Shown here piece by piece: positions 59,989 through 64,000 of a DNA stretch of 64,000 nt. The notes below the pieces were generated by a model. The model was not told the DNA's origin. It did not search any database and saw nothing but the letters and a program-made list of their open reading frames with translations. Within the stretch, counting starts at the first letter, position 1. Every line of letters begins with the position of its first letter. Position numbers and translations under genes: made by a program. Source of the stretch: Corynebacterium urealyticum (GTDB lineage Bacteria; Actinomycetota; Actinomycetes; Mycobacteriales; Mycobacteriaceae); assembly GCA_020741275.1 (NCBI GenBank), contig DYZK01000025.1, positions 12,747 through 76,746 of the forward strand, in the 5' to 3' direction.

Positions 59989-62769
59989 TTAGTCGCGAGG
60001 GACCTCGACCATCTCGTAGGCCTCGATCCGGTCGCCGACCTCGATGTTCGGGTAGGACAGCACCATACCGCACTCGTAACCGTGCGAGACCTCGGTGACG
60101 TCGTCCTTCTCCCGGCGCAGCGAGTCGATCGTCGCGTCCTCGGAGATGACCTTGCCATCGCGGACGAGGCGGACCTTCGCATTGCGGCGGACCTTGCCGG
60201 TCTCCACCATGCAGCCTGCGATGAGGCCGACTGCGGAAGCCTTGAAGATCTGGCGGATCTCCGCGGTACCGATCTCCTTCTCCTCGTAGATCGGCTTGAG
60301 CATGCCCTTGAGGGCTGCCTCGATCTCCTCAATCGCCTTGTAGATGATTGAGTAGTAGCGGATTTCCACGCCCTCGGCATTAGCTGCCTCGGTGGCCTTA
60401 CCCTCGGAGCGGACGTTGAAGCCGATGATCACGGCATCGGAAGCCGCAGCCAGGTGGACGTTGGTCTCGGTGACAGCACCGACACCACGGTCGATGATGT
60501 TCAGCGCGACCTCGTCGTCGACCTCGATCTTCAGCAGGGCGTCTTCCAGTGCCTCGACGGTACCGGCGTTGTCGCCCTTGAGGATGAGGTTGAGCGTGCT
60601 CGTCTCCTTGAGCACCTCGTCCAGGTCCTCCAGCGAGACGCGCTTGCGGGAACGGGCTGCGAGCGCGTTACGACGGCGGGCGTCGCGGCGGTCCGCGATC
60701 TGGCGGGCCGTGCGGTCCTCGTCGACAACCAGGAGGTTATCGCCGGCACCGGACACGCTCGTCAGGCCGAGAACCTGGACCGGGCGGGACGGGCCAGCTT
60801 CCTGGACGTCGTTGCCGTGCTCGTCGATCATACGACGCACACGACCGTAAGCATCGCCGACGACGATGGAGTCACCGACGCGCAGGGTACCGCGCTGGAC
60901 GATGATCGTCGCGACCGGGCCGCGGCCACGGTCGAGGTGCGCCTCAATGGCGATACCCTGGGCGTCCATGTCCGGGTTAGCGCGCAGATCCAGGGACGCG
61001 TCCGCGGTCAGCAGGACGGCCTCCAGCAGCTGATCGATGTTCTGGCCCTGCTTTGCAGAGATGTCGACGAACATCGTGTCGCCGCCGTATTCCTCCGGCA
61101 CCAGCCCGTACTCGGTGAGCTGGCCGCGGATCTTGTCCGGCTGTGCGGTCGGCTTATCGATCTTGTTCACTGCGACCACGACCGGCACCTCCGCCGCCTT
61201 GGCGTGGTTGATCGCCTCGACGGTCTGTGGCATCACGCCGTCGTCAGCAGCGACGACGAGAATCGCGATATCCGTGGACTTCGCACCACGAGCACGCATT
61301 GCCGTGAAGGCCTCGTGACCCGGGGTATCCAGGAAGGTGACCGGGCGCTCGACGCCCTCCATGTTCACGCTGACCTGGTAAGCGCCGATGTGCTGGGTGA
61401 TGCCACCGGCCTCGCCGGAGCCCACGTTCTCCTTACGGATGGTGTCCAGCAGGCGGGTCTTACCGTGGTCGACGTGACCCATGACGGTGACGACCGGCGG
61501 GCGCTGGGCGAGGTCTTCGTCGTCGCCCTCGTCCTCACCGAACTGCAGGTCGAAGGACTCGAGCAGCTCGCGGTCCTCGTCCTCTGGGGAAACGACCTCG
61601 ACCTTGTAGTCCATCTCGTCGCCCAGCAGCTGCAGGGTCTCGTCGGAGACGGACTGGGTGGCGGTCACCATCTCGCCGAGGTTGAACAGCGCCTGCACCA
61701 GTGCTGCTGCGTCAGCGTTGATCTTGTCCGCGAAGTCGGCCAGGGAGGCGCCACGGGCGAGGCGAATCTTCTCACCGTTGCCGCTCGGCAGCTTAACGCC
61801 GCCCACGACCTTCGGTGCCTGCATTGCCTCGTACTCATTGCGCTTCTGACGCTTCGACTTACGGCCGCGGCGCGGTGGACCGCCCGGACGGCCGAATGCA
61901 CCTGCGGTGCCGCCGCGACGTCCGCCGCGACCGCCACGTGGTCCCGGACCACCTGGGCCACCCGGACCACCCGGGCCGCCTGGGCGACCACCACGGCCAC
62001 GACCGCCGCCGAAACCGGCTCCAGACTTGGCGGGCATCTGACCCGGGCTCGGGGTGGCTGGCATCATCGCCGGGGATGGACGACGGCCACCGCCCTGGCG
62101 TGCTGCCCCCGGCTTCGGGGTGCCCTGGCCACGGCCCGGGCGAGCTCCCGGGCGTGGCGCCTGGCCACGACCGGCACCGCCACGGGTGCCGCCTGGGCGA
62201 GGCATGTCGCCAGGGGTGGCTCCACCACGCGGGCGCGGCGGGCGCTCGGTTGTAGAGGAGAACGGGTTATTAGCAACCCGCTGCGGGCGCGCGCCTGGCT
62301 TCGGACCCGGCTTCGGGCCCGGCTTGCCCGCTGCGCGAGCTGGCTTCTGGCCCGGCTTTGCTGCAGCCTGCCCCGGCTTCGGCGCGGCCTGCCCCGGCTT
62401 CGGCGCGGCCTTAGCCGGGCTCGGGGTCGGCTTCGATGCCGGGGTCGGCTTAGCCGCTGCGGCAGGGCTTGGCTTAGCGCCCGGCTTCGGTGCAGACTTC
62501 GGCCTAGCCGCAGGCTTGGCGCCTGGCTTCGGACCACGCTGGGTGCTGTCCGGCACACTGCCAGCCTGTGCCAGCGGGGACGGCGGCGTCGTCGGCTTGG
62601 ACTCCTGCGCGACGCCGTAGAATTGCTTCATCTTCTTGACGACAGGGGGCTCCACGGTGGAGGAGGCTGTCTTAACGAATTCTCCCTGTTCCTTCAGGGT
62701 TGCAAGGAGTTCCTTGCTGGTCACACCGAGCTTCTTCGCAAGCTCGTGCACACGTAGCTTTCCGGCCAC
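59989..62769 (-). CDS. infB: translation initiation factor IF-2
   Basis: [27 protein letters not shown], a Pro/Gly/Ala/Lys-rich linker, a G domain ([24 protein letters not shown]) and C1/C2 domains. Size is 926 aa. Confidence 0.98.
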   Translation of the reverse strand: MAGKLRVHELAKKLGVTSKELLATLKEQGEFVKTASSTVEPPVVKKMKQFYGVAQESKPTTPPSPLAQAGSVPDSTQRGPKPGAKPAARPKSAPKPGAKPSPAAAAKPTPASKPTPSPAKAAPKPGQAAPKPGQAAAKPGQKPARAAGKPGPKPGPKPGARPQRVANNPFSSTTERPPRPRGGATPGDMPRPGGTRGGAGRGQAPRPGARPGRGQGTPKPGAARQGGGRRPSPAMMPATPSPGQMPAKSGAGFGGGRGRGGRPGGPGGPGGPGGPGPRGGRGGRRGGTAGAFGRPGGPPRRGRKSKRQKRNEYEAMQAPKVVGGVKLPSGNGEKIRLARGASLADFADKINADAAALVQALFNLGEMVTATQSVSDETLQLLGDEMDYKVEVVSPEDEDRELLESFDLQFGEDEGDDEDLAQRPPVVTVMGHVDHGKTRLLDTIRKENVGSGEAGGITQHIGAYQVSVNMEGVERPVTFLDTPGHEAFTAMRARGAKSTDIAILVVAADDGVMPQTVEAINHAKAAEVPVVVAVNKIDKPTAQPDKIRGQLTEYGLVPEEYGGDTMFVDISAKQGQNIDQLLEAVLLTADASLDLRANPDMDAQGIAIEAHLDRGRGPVATIIVQRGTLRVGDSIVVGDAYGRVRRMIDEHGNDVQEAGPSRPVQVLGLTSVSGAGDNLLVVDEDRTARQIADRRDARRRNALAARSRKRVSLEDLDEVLKETSTLNLILKGDNAGTVEALEDALLKIEVDDEVALNIIDRGVGAVTETNVHLAAASDAVIIGFNVRSEGKATEAANAEGVEIRYYSIIYKAIEEIEAALKGMLKPIYEEKEIGTAEIRQIFKASAVGLIAGCMVETGKVRRNAKVRLVRDGKVISEDATIDSLRREKDDVTEVSHGYECGMVLSYPNIEVGDRIEAYEMVEVPRD
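62367..62408. repeat. perfect 21-bp tandem duplication (cctgccccggcttcggcgcgg x2) inside infB, encoding the AAPKPGQ repeat
   Basis: Read directly. The copies lie at 62367-62387 and 62388-62408 and are identical. Confidence 0.9.
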
Positions 62770-62788
62770 TACTCTCCTTCGATATTTC

Positions 62789-62828
62789 GGAGCCGGTGGC
62801 CTTATGCGGAAAGGCTACGTCCGGCTCC
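62789..62828 (-). promoter_or_regulatory. extended hairpin in the infB 5-prime leader
   Basis: An outer 8-bp stem (ggagccgg / ccggctcc) with an inner ggcctt/aaggc(t) extension. It ends about 10 nt upstream of the infB SD (gaaggagag). Confidence 0.35.
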
Positions 62829-62957
62829 CTTTAACGTTTCTGGTTCATCGCTGATGCCGCTTCATCGTGCGCTCATCAGTTCAGAGTGCTTTCAAACATG
62901 TCGGGCTCCGTCAACTGATAAATCGTTAACTGTCCTTGGAACGTTCAACGCGGCGGG

Positions 62958-63344
62958 TCAATGTTCTTCCGACCCCTCGCGTCCCAGCACCGCCCATAAC
63001 TCGTCGAAGTCCGGCGTTACCGACCCCAATCGCAGGGCGCGGTGGAATCGCCGTTGTTCGATGGCCTTCTCGAGGGCCTCAGCGGTGGGGCTAAGCCACG
63101 CGCCGCGGCCCGGGAGCCGGCCGTGAAGATCCGTCACGATGCGGGTTGTCCCGTCGTCGCTGTGCTGGGCTACACACCGTAGAAGCTCGGTAGAGGGCTT
63201 CACCTTTCGGGTGGCGATGCATGTACGCAGTGCGACATGCGCCGTGTTCTTCCGCGCGAACGCAGGATCCGCCGCCGATTCGGCGTACGAGCCATCGCGT
63301 ATCGCTCGGTCGTCCACAAGCTCACTTTCTCTCGAGCAGCACAA
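62958..63344 (-). CDS. ylxR: YlxR/RnpM family (DUF448) RNA-binding protein
   Basis: LRTCIATRKVKPSTELLRCV ... GRGAWLSPTAEALEKAIEQRRFHRALR. It lies between nusA and infB. The start is uncertain (TTG 63344 or GTG 63317). Confidence 0.85.
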   Translation of the reverse strand: MCCSRESELVDDRAIRDGSYAESAADPAFARKNTAHVALRTCIATRKVKPSTELLRCVAQHSDDGTTRIVTDLHGRLPGRGAWLSPTAEALEKAIEQRRFHRALRLGSVTPDFDELWAVLGREGSEEH

Positions 63345-63563
63345 ATGCGTGGTCCAGCACGTTGACCAGCCCCCAGTCTACGTGAAAAGCCTGCTGGGGG
63401 TTAACCCACCCCCATTTCAGCGCTGTGGCGGTTGCCCTCGCTGATCCCCATTGTCCCATCCCCCAATCAATTTTTGGCCCCACCGTACCCGGCGGGGCCG
63501 CCCCAGCGCCTCCACAGTGAATTTGAGCGGCGCTAGTTCTTCTGGCTCAGCGTCGTCGACCGA

Positions 63564-64000
63564 CTACTCCCCCTGCTCAGCGTCAGACTTAATATCGATC
63601 TTCCAGCCGGTGAGGCGAGCGGCGAGGCGCACGTTCTGCCCCTCCCTGCCGATCGCCAGCGAGAGCTGATAATCCGGAACGACCACACGTGCAATCTGCT
63701 GCTCTGCATCAATCACAGCCGAGGAGACGAACTTCGAGGGAGACAGGGCGTTGCCCACGTACTGCGCCGGATCATCCGAGTAGTCGATGATGTCGATCTT
63801 TTCGCCACCGAGCTCAGCCATAATGGCCGACACACGCTGGCCGCGCGGGCCGATGCAGGCCCCCTTGGCGTTAAGCCCCTTGATCGTGGCGCGGACCGCG
63901 ATCTTCGTACGGTGGCCCGCCTCACGAGCAATGGACATAATCTCCACGGAGCCGTCGGCGACTTCGGGAACCTCAAGTTCGAACAGGCCGCGCACGAGCT
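63564..64000 (-). CDS. nusA: transcription termination/antitermination factor NusA, C-terminal part; gene continues beyond window end
   Basis: KH1/KH2 region: [43 protein letters not shown] ... [25 protein letters not shown]. The frame is open to the window edge. Confidence 0.93.
   Translation of the reverse strand, partial: LVRGLFELEVPEVADGSVEIMSIAREAGHRTKIAVRATIKGLNAKGACIGPRGQRVSAIMAELGGEKIDIIDYSDDPAQYVGNALSPSKFVSSAVIDAEQQIARVVVPDYQLSLAIGREGQNVRLAARLTGWKIDIKSDAEQGE

Overview
This window looks like conserved chromosomal core of a high-GC actinobacterium, almost certainly a Corynebacterium. Gene order follows the suhB-ppgK-sigA ... sigB-dtxR-galE ... oxyR-hrpA-nrdR-divS/lexA ... hflX-miaA-miaB-recX-recA-bioYMN-pspA-clgR-cinA-pgsA-terC-ftsK-rnj-dapA-thyX-dapB-pnp-rpsO-ribF-truB-pptT ... 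rbfA-infB-ylxR-nusA backbone. From memory, that backbone matches C. glutamicum (about cg2090-cg2178) and M. tuberculosis (about Rv2701c-Rv2841c). I support 55 protein-coding genes covering more than 90 percent of the sequence. I see no rRNA, tRNA, CRISPR array, IS element, prophage, integrase or defence-island signature. The largest unannotated gap is about 410 bp, upstream of recA. I therefore do not find a convincing undescribed multi-gene system.

The points worth a second look are local:
- An orphan 274-aa protein with a Cys/Gly tail sits where dapF normally lies between hflX and miaA.
- truB is inverted and shares a 30-bp spacer with ribF that looks like a back-to-back leaderless promoter pair.
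- Canonical LexA boxes lie unusually far upstream of recA and inside the lexA/divS divergent region. An 18-bp x3 tandem repeat lies in the divS-nrdR spacer.
- A yybP-ykoY (Mn) riboswitch with an RBS-sequestering platform precedes terC.
- Identical GGGAAC-N18-GTT ECF-type promoters precede sigB and an apparently leaderless clgR.
- Several housekeeping proteins (SigA, RNase J, IF-2, MiaB) carry low-complexity or charged extensions.

The many long ORFs antisense to real genes are GC-driven shadow frames. All family assignments come from motif recognition and synteny by eye. No database search was run.
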